NCBI GenBank assembly: GCA_002269645.1
Contig: NIVC01002472.1
Location: 107,259 to 171,258 of the forward strand
Origin: Macrostomum lignano
Lineage: Eukaryota
DNA: 64,000 bases
Reading direction: 5' to 3'
Under the pieces are notes generated by a model that had not been told where the DNA came from, searched no databases, and saw only the letters and a list, made by a program, of their open reading frames with translations. The translations under genes and the position numbers were made by a program. Positions 11,688 through 23,050 of this stretch are shown one piece after another (within the stretch, counting starts at the first letter, position 1; the number at the start of each line of letters is the position of its first letter).

Positions 11688-12027
11688 TGATAACAAACAA
11701 AAGCCTGACACTCCATTTGTATGGAAAGAAATATAAGCTGTGATAGGTAACTTGAAGTAGCTACTTGTATATTTAGATTGTTTCGCGGTAACTTTTTGCC
11801 AAAAAACAAGAGAAGTTATACAGGTATTGTTTTTATTTTGTGGATATACAAGCTATCTGTGTAATGGAAAATTTAGCATCCGATCTTCGGGGGGAAAGAA
11901 CTCTGTTAGAGAGACTTAACAAGATTTTTAAAGACGTTACTGCTTCTGGCTAACACTGAAGAAACTATTTGTTGTTAAACTAAATTTCGAAGTATTTGTC
12001 GCCTCCGTGAGAAGTGGCTTGAGCAGC

Positions 12028-12465
12028 TCAAGGACACGCCAGGGTGTGCCGCTTGTGCTTCCTTCGGTACACCCACCTGCATCGCCTGAAATTATAAGGG
12101 GGGATTTCAGTTGGTGCCAAATTAATTTCTACGTAGTTTTTCTGCGCAGAGTTAAGAGTTGGGTTAACTTGGGGAATATTTGAGATAGAAGACAGTGAAG
12201 CAGCTAGCTAAAAGCCACACTGGACTCACTTCTGAAGGTCCTCATCGTCATCGGCCTCATCAGATTCCAGAGCCGGTTCCTCGGCTGAAATGTTGTACGA
12301 AAAAATGTTGGCTATGCCGATAGCTAAAAACCTAATTTAAAAAACTCGATCTCCACTTATGCGGGTCTCACCGTAGTCATCGGCATAATCGGAATCTTCA
12401 TAGGCCGAGCAGACAAACACAGCAGTCAGAGACAGAAGCAGCAGAGCCGCAGTCAGGCGGTGCAT
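12028..12465 (-). CDS. Secreted peptide precursor B (68 aa): signal peptide + acidic propiece + KR + cationic Cys-x14-Cys peptide
   Basis: Exons 12465-12372, 12284-12230 and 12085-12028 (207 nt). Canonical gtgag donors and tttcag acceptors. Protein: MHRLTAALLLLSLTAVFVCSA-YEDSDYADDYAEEPALESDEADDDEDLQKR-CRWVYRRKHKRHTLACP*. AATAAA at 11837-11832. Confidence 0.88.
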
Positions 12466-12506
12466 GTTGTTGCTTTGGCGTTGTTGGTGACTTGCAAGAT
12501 TCTCAA

Positions 12507-12569
12507 TGACTCAGGTGCGGTTCGGGCTTGACAAGAAAAGAAAGGTCTTTGAAATTCGTTGCTTTTATA
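12507..12569 (-). promoter_or_regulatory. Putative promoter of precursor B: TATA box and AP-1 site
   Basis: TATAAAA (minus) at 12569-12563, ~100 nt upstream of the ATG. TGACTCA at 12507-12513. Confidence 0.55.
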
Positions 12570-13104
12570 GACACACCCTATCACCTGAGAATGCGTGCGT
12601 TTGCGGTGTGGGTTCTGAGCACGTTTTCCAGAGCTCAGCTCGGGGCCAACGAAATTTATTGGACAGTTTCGTAGCACGTGAGGTTTTTGCCAAAACGTGC
12701 CCTACGGCCCTACCGCTAAGTGCTGCCATAAATTCTGTGCTTGAATGCAAAGTTTTGTTGAAGAAGCAAATGCGCAAATGCAGTAGTGCCTGAGATAGAT
12801 GGAATACAAGCTTATCGTGTGTCAGAAAAAAACGTAATGCAAAAAACATAGAGACACACTTTATAGTGAATTTGAGATTTGCATCTGTTTGTCTGCCTGA
12901 ACCCAACAGAGCCAAGTTTGCTGCAGAATCAAAGAGTTGCCGTAGAGCCAATGCGTGGACAATCATAAGGACGCTACACTTACAGATTTTACTGAAGCGA
13001 GATGGAAAGTTGTCAGTTTTTATCACTGACTAATCACTGAAAATGAACGCGCATCTGACCGTCTGAGTTTCCGAATCGAGAACATACCCTGAGTATACGA
13101 ACAA

Positions 13105-13470
13105 CGTACAACAACAACAAAGTACTTCACCTGCCAGCCACGCAGTGGCCAGAAAAGGGGAAGAAATCAGAGATCAGAAATCAGTCACACCCCTAGCTTG
13201 GTCCGGGGTGCCAGCATCGGTCAAAAGCCTGTCAGGATATCTGGCCGTTCGCCCTTGGCCTCGCCTGCGCGGTCCCTGCAGCTTGAGCAGCAGCACCTCA
13301 TGCAGCGGCTCAGGGCAGCGAGCCTCCGACCGGATGACGTGGCCAACCAGTCGAAGTCGCCGCCCGCGCAGCTGGTCAGAAGGCTGCATCAGGCGTGCCC
13401 TCGTGTAGATATACGACCAAGGACTGCTAGACTAGAACTATAACATTCCAGTTGCCCTTGGGCGAGCATT
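13105..13470 (-). mobile_element. 5'-truncated RTE/L2-like non-LTR retrotransposon 3' fragment
   Basis: QLRGRRLRLVGHVIRSEARCPEPLHEVLLLKLQGPRRRGQGR matches the RRLR..GHV.R....P...L....G.R.RG C-terminal motif of these RTs. (TTG)n tail at ~13108-13120. Confidence 0.7.
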
Positions 13471-13974
13471 GCCATGACGCAACGTCCTTCAAAAAATACT
13501 CGAAAAGCTTACTAACCACCGCTATAAACCTGATTAAACATTCAAGGCTGGGTGCAATTAGCTGTAAAAGTCGTGCCGCAAGATCAGTTTTGCTCTGAGC
13601 AAACTAAAAACCAATTTGAAGTTTTTTCTGGCTTCTTCAGGCCATATCACTGAGAAAATGAAATTTAATACTCTTAAGCAAAGCCAAGCTAACCTTGCAC
13701 TAATTTCATTTTGGCTTGTCAAATTTTCAGTTTTGCCGTTTGTTAGAGGCAAATTCTTAGTTCTCAGATTACCTGTGCAAAGTTTAAAAAATTGACTGAC
13801 TGGGCAATGCAAACACGGCTAATTAGTCACTCCCCCTCACCCAGCATGACAAGCGTTAAAATCATGAAAACCAAAGCATGCAATAATATTGTGTGACTGA
13901 AGCATCATTTTTTCCTAGACTATATTTATATTTTATTGTGTAGCTCTAACTAGAATTTGTGTATTGCAATAATA

Positions 13975-14270
13975 CGCGTAATAATAATAACTGATTAAAA
14001 CTGCCCCGATTGGGCCAGATGTGCTACCGACAGCTCAGCCGCCGCTATTGCGCGGCGCATCTGAAGGTTGCGTACGGCTGTTCAGTTCAAGGACTGGGGA
14101 GTCACCACACCCACCCTCAATTACCCCGCTGGGTGAACGAAGCAATGCAGGGTTAAGTGTCTTGCTCAAGGATGGATACAAATTGTTCCAGCCGAATCGG
14201 AACTCGAACCCCCGACCTTCAAGTGGGGAGTCAGACGCTCAAACCACAAGGCTACCACTAGCCATCTATT
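13975..14270 (-). mobile_element. Near full-length tRNA-derived CORE-SINE
   Basis: A/B-box-like head (tagccttgtgg; gttcgagttcc), the shared core and a (TTA)n tail. Same family as 26120-26430. Confidence 0.85.
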
Positions 14271-15469
14271 GCAATAGATCCGCTTAGAATTTGTTCGGAG
14301 GTTTGTTCTGGGTATCAGGCGTGTTTACGGCATGTTGTTATTGCACATTTAACTATAAACAATATATTTGCGAGCCACATGCAACAGCATTAGAGAAGCT
14401 TTAGCCAGGGCGATGCCAGCGTACATTTAGTTGGTAGTGCTGTAATTAAAAAGCATAACAGCCAACCAAAATCTTCTTGAAAGAACGACTATGACACGTG
14501 GGAAAATCAGGAAAATTTTCATTATTTACGAGCATGCATAATGAAATAGAATTTAAAGACTGCCTATCAAGTAAGGTTACCCGTAAGTTTCCCGCTGTGA
14601 GACCAGTTGCTACCTGCTTAGAATTACTTCTCTCCTGTCTCCAGCTCTTACTCGCAGTATTCTGCGAAAAGCAGTGGGCAGCTTGAGACAGCTTTGAGCT
14701 TTGAACTCGAGAGAGAGCATGCTTGGACAGTTTTCTTATTCGCTTTTGCTCCTTTCTATTCGCTTTGCTTCCTACTTAAAATGACCGAATTCGAGCCTCT
14801 TTTTCGAGCCGCCTACCTCGAGAAGTCATTACGAATCATTGCGAATATCTTGAGAATTACGAGCATTAAGACAGCCTCACTAAGAGTCTTATTGAAGTGC
14901 ATCTGAGCTGTGCCCTTGGGCTAAGAAGCGTCTCTGTCTGCACCCCCTCACCCTAAACTGTTGGACTATGTCCATTTTGTATTCACGAATGTCAGTGAGA
15001 CACTGAGCCAGACAGTTTAATTGCAATACAGCAGTTTTTGGTGCCCAGGGCATTTTCAGCATAAACTGCCTATTGTTATACTTTAACCGACTTAGCTGAG
15101 TGCTTATAGAGCTCCGAAATCATTTATGTAGCAGATTACGCTGCGCTGATATCTAATTGGTCTTAGGATAGCGAGTAACGACCAGCTTCATTCGCACTGT
15201 TTCGCAGTGCTGAATTTCAAAATCGTCGAAAATTGCTCCAGCTCTCAATTGATGCGAAGTTCTCTGTCAAGGGTATGGGATAGGACCATATAGGGAGAGG
15301 GGCCGGGGAAGCCCCCACGAAAACCCCACGAAAATCGTGCATCTCCAAAAATTGACAAAAAGAGGCAACCAAGCTGGACAAATGACGTTTTCGAATGGCG
15401 AATCAATTTTTGACCGCGGTATCCAAAGAGCATAAAAAGCAGGGGTAGGAGCACCCTCCTTGGAAATAA

Positions 15470-15995
15470 GGGTGCCTATCAGAAGACAGAGGCGCCCACC
15501 AAGAGACAAAGAGACAGGGGCGCCCACCAAGAGACAAAGAGACAGGGGCGCCCACCAAGAGACAAAGAGACAGGGGCACCCACCAAGAGACAAGTGTGCC
15601 CACCAAGAGACAAGTGTGCCCACCAAGAGACAAGTGTGCCCACCGAGAGACAAGTGTGCCCACCAAGAGACAGGGTCGCTCACCAAGAGACAGGGTCGCT
15701 CACCAAGAGACAGGGGCAACCACCAAAAGAGACAGGGTCGCTCACCAAGAGACAGGGTCGCTCACCAAGAGACAGGGGCAACCACCAAAAGAGACAGGGT
15801 CGCTCACCAAGAGACAGGGGCAACCACCAAAAGAGACAGGGTCGCTCACCAAGAGACAGGGGCAACCACCAAAAGAGACAGGGTCGCTCACCAAGAGACA
15901 GGGGCGCCCACCAAAAGAGACAGGGTCGCTCACCAAGAGACAGGGGCGCCCACCAAAAGAGACAGGGTCGCTCACCAAGAGACAGGTTCGTCCAC
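15470..15995. repeat. Minisatellite of 17-22-bp units built on caccaagagaca
   Basis: Alternating caccaagagacaggggcgcc, caccaagagacaagtgtgcc and caccaaaagagacagggtcgct units. Explains the repetitive ORFs in the track. Confidence 0.95.
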
Positions 15996-17109
15996 CAAGG
16001 CACCAAACCTTGGCGTCCGGTTGCGGCCTCCAATAAAAGTTCTTGCCGCTCCTGCAGTTCAAGTTATAAGCAAACACACGGACTAGGCGGTGTCCGAAAG
16101 AATTATGTGTTTCAACAGGTCGGTACACGTACATGTACCAGGCTTCGATTTGAAAATATCAAATATTTTAAGAGCAAAAATTTTTCGTTCGCAAAATTCG
16201 AACCTATACCTTCAGATAGAGTTAAATTAATTCGTTTTTTTCTGTTAAATAGGCTGATATTTTTTTCTGGGTTCCAATGTTTTTTCGAGCGCAGTGCAAC
16301 AAAAGTTTTTTTTGCTACTCCAAGTAGCACAACAAACTGGTTGAATTTTATTTCGCATTAAACCGAACATTAACCCTGGCTTTATTACGAGCTATCTTTC
16401 GTAATTTTTTTTGTTTTGCTGGGATCTAATAATTTGGGAAATTTTTTAATACAGAATACAGACTTCATCTCTTAAGCTGCTTCTGGATATCGCCAATAAT
16501 CTTTTCTGCAATTAAAGAGTCGTAAAACCAGCAGAATTACAACTCTGTTTAAAACTGACTGCATTGGTTATCTTGTAGCCGTACTTGCAGACACTGTCTA
16601 GTCTTTTCCTATCATTCAGATATCCCCAAACAGCAGGTTTGCAATGAAATTTTTCTCGGCAGTGTAAATATTTGCGCATTGGGATATTTTACGAGCCGAG
16701 CAAAATCAAATGTTTCTATAGCTAACCCAGCTCAGGCTGATCTGATGGTGTTTAAACTAATCACGTTAATGCGCAGACGCTGATCCTGAAGCTGGTGCGC
16801 AGAAAATAATGATAAAAGTGCGTTAAACCGAAGAATACTGAAATGCGTAAAGTTATTTTAACCTTGGCCTTCTAATCTCTGAATCTCGTCAATCCCCTGA
16901 GGAGATTTCACGACTTCAATCGGCATGACGAGTCGAAAATGGAACCGGAAGAGCTTCAAATTGGCGGTGAGTTGCCGCAATCTGGTTGACGGCAGTCAAA
17001 ATGATTAAAAAATGACTTTCCACCTGGAAACGAACCGCTAATAATTAGACTCTCCCTCCAGCCTCTAACCAGGAGCTTCCTCTCCTCTCGCCTCTCTCGC
17101 TCTTTCTTC

Positions 17110-17165
17110 CATTGGCTGTGATGCGGAGCGGGGGCTGGGATCTGGGGGCCGGGCAGCTTATAAAC
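17110..17165 (+). promoter_or_regulatory. Putative GPCR core promoter (reverse CCAAT + TATA)
   Basis: ATTGG at 17111-17115; TTATAAA at 17158-17164, ~90 nt upstream of the ATG at 17253. Confidence 0.45.
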
Positions 17166-17252
17166 TGGGGTGCCAGCTTCTCCAACTGACTCATCTAAAA
17201 TTTCTTAAACAGTGCGGCTGTCACACAACTCAGTAGTTGGCTCAGTTGCACG

Positions 17253-19427
17253 ATGTCATCTTCTGCTGTCACCTGCCACGAGGTGAACTCCACCGAGTAT
17301 TGGGACCTCCTGCAGCTGCCCGCTGTCCGCGCCGGGCTCGCAGCTGTCTGGATCAGCGTCGGGCTGCTGATGTTCTTCGGCAACTTGCTGGTTGTCTGCA
17401 CCATCTGTCTGCACAGAGCAATGCGAACCGTCACCAACTGCTACGTGTTGAACCTGGCAGCGGCTGACCTCATGGCCGCCGCCTTGGTGGTGCCGCTGAA
17501 GGGCCTTCAGCTACTGGGACCCTGTTGGCTTGCGGCCAAGCTTTTCAATCGGCTGGGCTGCGCGTTCGTCACCTTCTGCATGATGGTGCTGGTTTTTGCC
17601 AGCCTGTTCACGCTGGTTGTCATCTGCATTGAGAGGTGAGTTGTTAGACAACTGAGAGCGGGTTCTATACTGATTGCATTGCCTACTATCTTGGACTTGC
17701 TTCCTTAGCTTAGAATGCTGGTTAACTGAAGGGGGCTTGGGGGCATGCATATCCGACTCTTGGACGATTTGACCTACATGTACTAGCTAGATGCAAAAAT
17801 TAAGACAAATGTTAGAGCGTACGCATTGAAGGCTGCGTACGGCTGTTCAGTCCAAGGCTGGGGGTCGCCACACACACCAGCAATTACCCCAGCTAATGCT
17901 GGCACCCATTTTACAGCTGGTGAACTGAAGCAATGCAGAGTTAAGTGTCTTGCTCAAGGACACAATTTATTCCGAATGGGTCGAGAAAATTGTTCCGACG
18001 CTCTAACCAGTGGCTACAACACCGTGAGAGCATTTGGCGAAAGGCATATTAACCCGAAATCTGTTTTGCTAACTTGAAGTTTTGTCGTCAGACCGTTAAG
18101 ATTCGTTTAATGGTTTGGAGCTCATTTGCTCAAAAGCAACTCTCTTACTCCTAAACCAGGTTCCTAGCCATCGTGCACCCGCTGCGCAGTCTGCTATTCC
18201 AATCAAGCCGTCGCACCTGCCTATTCATTCTGCTCACCTGGTGCGTCCCAGCCGCCTTCTGCCTGGTGCAGGCGATGCACCCGGCCGCCCAGGCCTTCCA
18301 CAGCGTTAGCGGCTACGGCGACATGCGCAGCCAGCACTGCATGGACAGCTTCAGCCGAGCGGCCGGTACGCTTACGTCATGTCCGCCTTCTGCCTGCTGT
18401 TCCTGCTGCCACTCTGCGTGGTGGTGTTCACCTCGGCCTCCATTGTGCGGGTTTTGCAGCGGCCGGTGCCGGGGCAGAATGAGAGCAGCGTGCGGGCTGT
18501 CAGCTCCAGGAGGCATGGCCGCGGCAGGGGCAGCTCGGTCAGGGAGAAGACCTCCAGGGAGGAGAGCAAGAGGAAGGTGAATGAAAAGGGAGGTCCTGAT
18601 CCCTTGGCCAAAAAAGTTGGGGTTCACTGTAACAAGAAATTCTTGTGGTTTTCATAAAGTTTAAATTTTGTTCGCCTGGATACTCGTACATACCAGCAGG
18701 TGAGTATTTTCGTTCTCAGGGATCGGAGGAACCAACCAGTCTTCTACAAACTAAGCCACATAATGTCATGTTAGTTAGCTGGCAAAAGGCATAAGCATAC
18801 AAAAAGAATTTTGACTGAGACCGATCAAGCCAATGATTATTCTCACCCAATCAGGTCGCCAAAATGATGATCGTGGTCGCGGCTCTGTTCCTCGTTTCGT
18901 GGACGCCATGGTTTGCCGTGAACGTTGCCGGACTATTTTACAGAGACATCTACGCCAAAAACTACGGGTTCACCATGGTGATGCTGCACTTGGTTGGCTT
19001 TGCCAACTCCACAGCCAACCCGGTGGTTTACTACTTCATGTCGCAGCGCTTCCGTCTCGGCTACCGTCGCGTTCTCGCTAAAATATTCTGCTGCTTCGAC
19101 TGGCACGTTGGGGCCGATAGCTTCGACTCGCGACGCCAGAGCAGCGCCAATCTGCACCGACGCCAGGGAGGCACCGAGATTCGGCGCGCGGACAGCTCCG
19201 GAGGAGCCGGTCGCCTGAATGCTGCCGCCAGAGATCGAGCGTTTGGCTGCAACAGCAGCATCGTTGACGCGGACTGCCTAACACACTGCGAGAGCGCCCT
19301 GCCGCCCCCGCGGCTGTCCAGCAACTCGGACCAGGAAGACAATCAGGACGGCGGCTTGCAGCAGCTGGTGGAGCTGCAAGAATTCGGCCTCCGCGGCAGG
19401 TCAGGCGAAAGCTGCCGAAACTACTAA
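17253..19427 (+). CDS. Rhodopsin-class (class A) neuropeptide GPCR, orexin/allatotropin/QRFP-like neighbourhood; one frameshift in exon 2
   Basis: Exons 17253-17635, 18160-18576 and 18855-19427. Motifs: GNLLV (TM1), MRTVTNCYVLNLAAADL (TM2), IER|FLAIVHPL (DRY region), ECL2 Cys, KRK|VAKMMIVVAALFLVSWTPW (TM6), ANSTANPVVYYFMSQRFR (TM7). Frame changes near 18355. Confidence 0.88.
17826..18040 (-). mobile_element. CORE-SINE copy in GPCR intron 1
   Basis: gaaggctgcgtacggctgttcagtccaagg...cacccattttacagctgg...ttaagtgtcttgctcaaggacacaa is the reverse complement of the family core. Confidence 0.85.
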
Positions 19428-21399
19428 ACCGGCTGACGCTGCGTAGATTGGCGTTTCTCTTTTTCAGAATTGTGTTTTGAAGCGGCTGAGCTTTGATATG
19501 GACTAAGGAAAATATTTCATATAGCAGTTATTATGCAACGTCTAGGATGCTGGATATTTTGGTACACTAAAGTAAGACTCGGAACTACGTACTTCGAAGT
19601 ACCAGTATCTTGTTTTGCAGAGCGGTTCGAAAAAGCAAAGTCGAAGAAACGATAGGAATTGTTGTTGTGCGTGTTTTGCTTTAGATGTATAGTTTTTTAG
19701 CAGAAAAGTTTTTTTTAGGCGTATCCAGTTCTCGCTCTGATGATAAAAATGCGTGTTTGTACCGATATTGTTAACAGAGCACGTCGAGTTTCATAATTCG
19801 GTTTGTTCAGTACGGAATTTTTTAATTTCTTTCTTAAAATTTATTTTCAAATAGACCTGCGCTGGTAGTTTCACGTCAAAAGACACTTTAATTTGAAACG
19901 AAAACGCTGCACTTTGCAGGAAATTTTCGTTTACAAATTTGTTTTCTTTAAAGTACACTTGTGTTAGTGCATTCTCGTGCATGCAGACGTATTTTAATGT
20001 GAATAAAACTACGTAATTTTGCATTGCTTTGCCACTAATAGTCGCCACCACCGCCTGCATCTGGTGTGACTTTCGTGTAAAATGGAAGCCTGTTTTTGCC
20101 TGTTTCTCGTGCACCAATGATCTGCGCTGTGTCATCCGTGAGTGATATTACTAAATGTTTAACGATGGTTTAGCTGCGCTGATACTTGTAAACTTTGTGA
20201 GCAGGATAAAAGTTTTATCTTGACGAAATTCAAAGTTATTCAAATGTTACCTGCTAGAGGCAACCGCTGCCAGCATGCCACCCAAATATATAAAATTAAG
20301 CCAGTGAATAACCTTCCTGGAAAGATCCCGATTGATGATTATCGATAAATAATCATAGTTCGTGAATACTCTAAAGAAGACATTGGTTGCAGATAACCAG
20401 TCAAAACTTGTTCTGTTCCAGCAAAAGCAATATGTTCAATTTCACACTCTTAAAAGACATGCAATCTTCCCCATTGGCATTTGTGTTCACTGGTTAAACT
20501 TGACAACGAGCTTTTATAATCACTATCTGAATAGGCTTACATTATCACATCTGCCCCGTCACTTCAAAATACAACTGGCTGCACAGAAGTCCAATATGCT
20601 TTCAGCAACCAGCGGCATCGGCATTCCATAGACGAATTTTCTAGTGGAGGTTCGGGTGGGGGCTGAAAAAAATGCGATTTGCGTTGTTCAGTGGCCTGGC
20701 ATGCAGGGCCGATTCCCTGTCAAGTTCGGCTCACACGGTGCAAATCTCAACAGTGTAAAAGTTCATCATGCGACTAACGCGAAATAAATTTTCCGGATTG
20801 CTAATAGCACACTAGTAGCTCCTCTCGCTTTTTTTCTTCAGGAATGCAGAAAAAGCAGATGAGGAAAATCCAGAGGAAGAATCTTCGGCAATCCGGGGCA
20901 GCACGCGAGCGATCAAGATGAAAAATGCATAACTTCGGTGAGAAAGTATTAAAAAATTTCAACCTAACGAGGATGCAGTTACCTGTGTGCACTGAACGGT
21001 TCGAAAATACGTGCGCATCTGACTATACCATCATGTAATAAAGGGATATTTTCTGTCAAAGGCAGTCTCCGATGCGTTCAAACTTACTTGGCGTCTGTGA
21101 CTAACTACGAGCTAATCCCGAAAGAAATAGTTTGGAAAAATATGCCTTTTTGCAATCAATTTCGTCGTTTTTGCGTTCAATTACGGCGCGAGCGATAGTG
21201 TGCAGTCCAAACAACTGAGCCTAGACACTGGGCAACTGGGCAAAAGTTTGAAAGACAACAGCTTGCTTAAATATGACTCAAAGAAGATAGGAATCACAGA
21301 TTATAACCTGCCACTTTCTAGGAAGGCAAAGTCTGGAATAGCAAGAGGCTGTAGGCCTTTCATTTATCTTTAAGTCATCGTCACACCCGGGAAAATTAG

Positions 21400-23050
21400 C
21401 TGTTGCAACTTGACAGAAAACACATCCCATCTAGTCTTCCTCTAGCAATTGAGAACAGGTGCTCGGCTGCTCAGAGCAGCTTCTACAAAGCTTATCTTTT
21501 TTCTCATCAATCGAAAGGCACTTGGAACCTGTAGTTAAGGCGCGAGAACAGCTAAGAAGACTCTCCTGTGTACGCCAGGCTGACAGGACATCAATCAGGC
21601 AAGCTTTAGCCAGCAGAGACTGTACACCTACCACGCTAGTGCAAGCTATTTCCTCTTTTTTAACGTCCTGAAGCCATTGTTTTCTAAAGCTTGGCTTTGT
21701 ACGGCCAACCTCAACAGCCTCAGCGTTTCTCACAGGATTGCCCAGGCAGCAACAAGTTGTTGTCAGGCTTCCACAAAAGAACTTTTTTCTTGTAGGAATC
21801 TTTAGAGTCTGGGCATTTTTACTTAGGTGGGTGGGTGGGCGGCACCTGACACAACCAATTTCCGATGGGGCTTTCCAAGGAAAAAAACTGCACCTTGTCA
21901 AGATGTCACTCCTGATGGGGAGTTGCTGGGGTGGCAGCCATGCAGTCTCCACTGGTAGCTAGGTAGCTAAGAGGTTCAGTCTTTATTTTAACACAGGAAA
22001 CGCCAAGCCTTTTTTTCTCTTTGGGGCCGCAAAGCAATCAAGTCACCCAGAGTGCATACATTTCAGCAAGCTTATTTTCAAGGTACACTATGATTTAACT
22101 TTATTCAAAAGATTTCAATAAATTGTTTCTTTGTGGTCCCCGCATCAATGAAGAGATTTGCGGCAACCGGGTGTTCTTGCCATAGACAGTTTATCCGGAA
22201 TTCCCTGCTCAGGCGTTTATGCGTTTCCGCATGCAGAAGGTAACGTTGCCGCACGTTTCTATGGTAAAAATCATTCATTCCTGCGAAATAGTTAGTCAAT
22301 GATGTCGACGCACGGCTGGGGGTGCAGCAACGACCATAGACACTCTTTTCGACTAGTGGGCCAATATCTGTGCCGTCGGCCCGTAGCTGACACATGTACA
22401 AAAACTGTCTATGTCAAAATCAGATCTCATCAGTTTAGTTTTAAATATGACATGATTTGCATGAATGGCAAATGTCAAAACCCTTTTATCTGCATGACGC
22501 TATAGCCAGCCACTTGTCCCAATATGTGCATGTAGCAGAAAATATTACTGGTTGGAAGCATTCGTTGGCTTCTAGCAAGGAAGTAATTAACAATTTAGTC
22601 TCTTCAGTTCATAACTGTTTGCTTATTGCCCAAACCTACAGTGTAACCACAGCTTCATTTATCCTATCGTTACCGGTAGATCGATCAGATAGAGATTCGA
22701 TTGAATGCATCCAGCTTCTGCAAACTCCGAAGTGGCCCCGAATCATGCACTCTTCTGTCTCGCCATGCTCCCATAAGTATTTTTCCATTTCTGGTTTTGT
22801 CTCCCCTAATATCCTTACGTCGTTCGATCCATCCGCTCACTAAGTCTGATGATTATTCTCAGCAATTATCGGATTATCCAGTCGGATGAAGCTGGAGCAG
22901 TTAATGCAATAAATTTCGTGTGCAATGAGCTTGAATTCTATATGACATGGCTGAGATCTTCTGAGATGATCTCATCTCGTCCCAGCGCATGCCGCCGTCC
23001 TTGAACAGCTGGAAAGCACTTGATGCCGCAATGGCTGGGATGCAGAGATG
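21400..23050 (-). pseudogene. Highly decayed non-LTR retrotransposon (R2/NeSL-like RT and C-terminal Zn-knuckle)
   Basis: Interrupted frames give RISI*SIYR (cf. RPISI.S..YR), WLAIASCR*KGFDICH (cf. LAIA.LD..KAFDSV.H) and DKLCRSCSEQPSTCSQL (cf. CR.C....ET..H). Many stops. Motif matches are from recall only. Confidence 0.5.

Noticed and set aside
12565-13026. 153-aa minus-strand ORF upstream of precursor B
   Set aside because: Non-ATG start, no recognisable motif, and it overlaps the predicted promoter of precursor B.
15245-16361. Multiple 100-255 aa ORFs on both strands
   Set aside because: They are translations of the caccaagagaca minisatellite, with no unique coding flanks or splice context.
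16130-16380. Possible MITE with ccagg...ccctgg ends
   Set aside because: The inverted match is too short and degenerate, and there is no TSD.
16925-16965. ATG-containing exon-like segment with a gtgagt donor upstream of the GPCR
   Set aside because: No compatible acceptor or frame found; the GPCR already has its own ATG, N-glycosylation sequon and TATA.
20550-20640. Minus-strand RCRWLLKAYW resembling a third peptide paralog
   Set aside because: No acceptor at the conserved phase-2 position, no second Cys in frame without an indel, weakly cationic, and no upstream signal or acidic exons.
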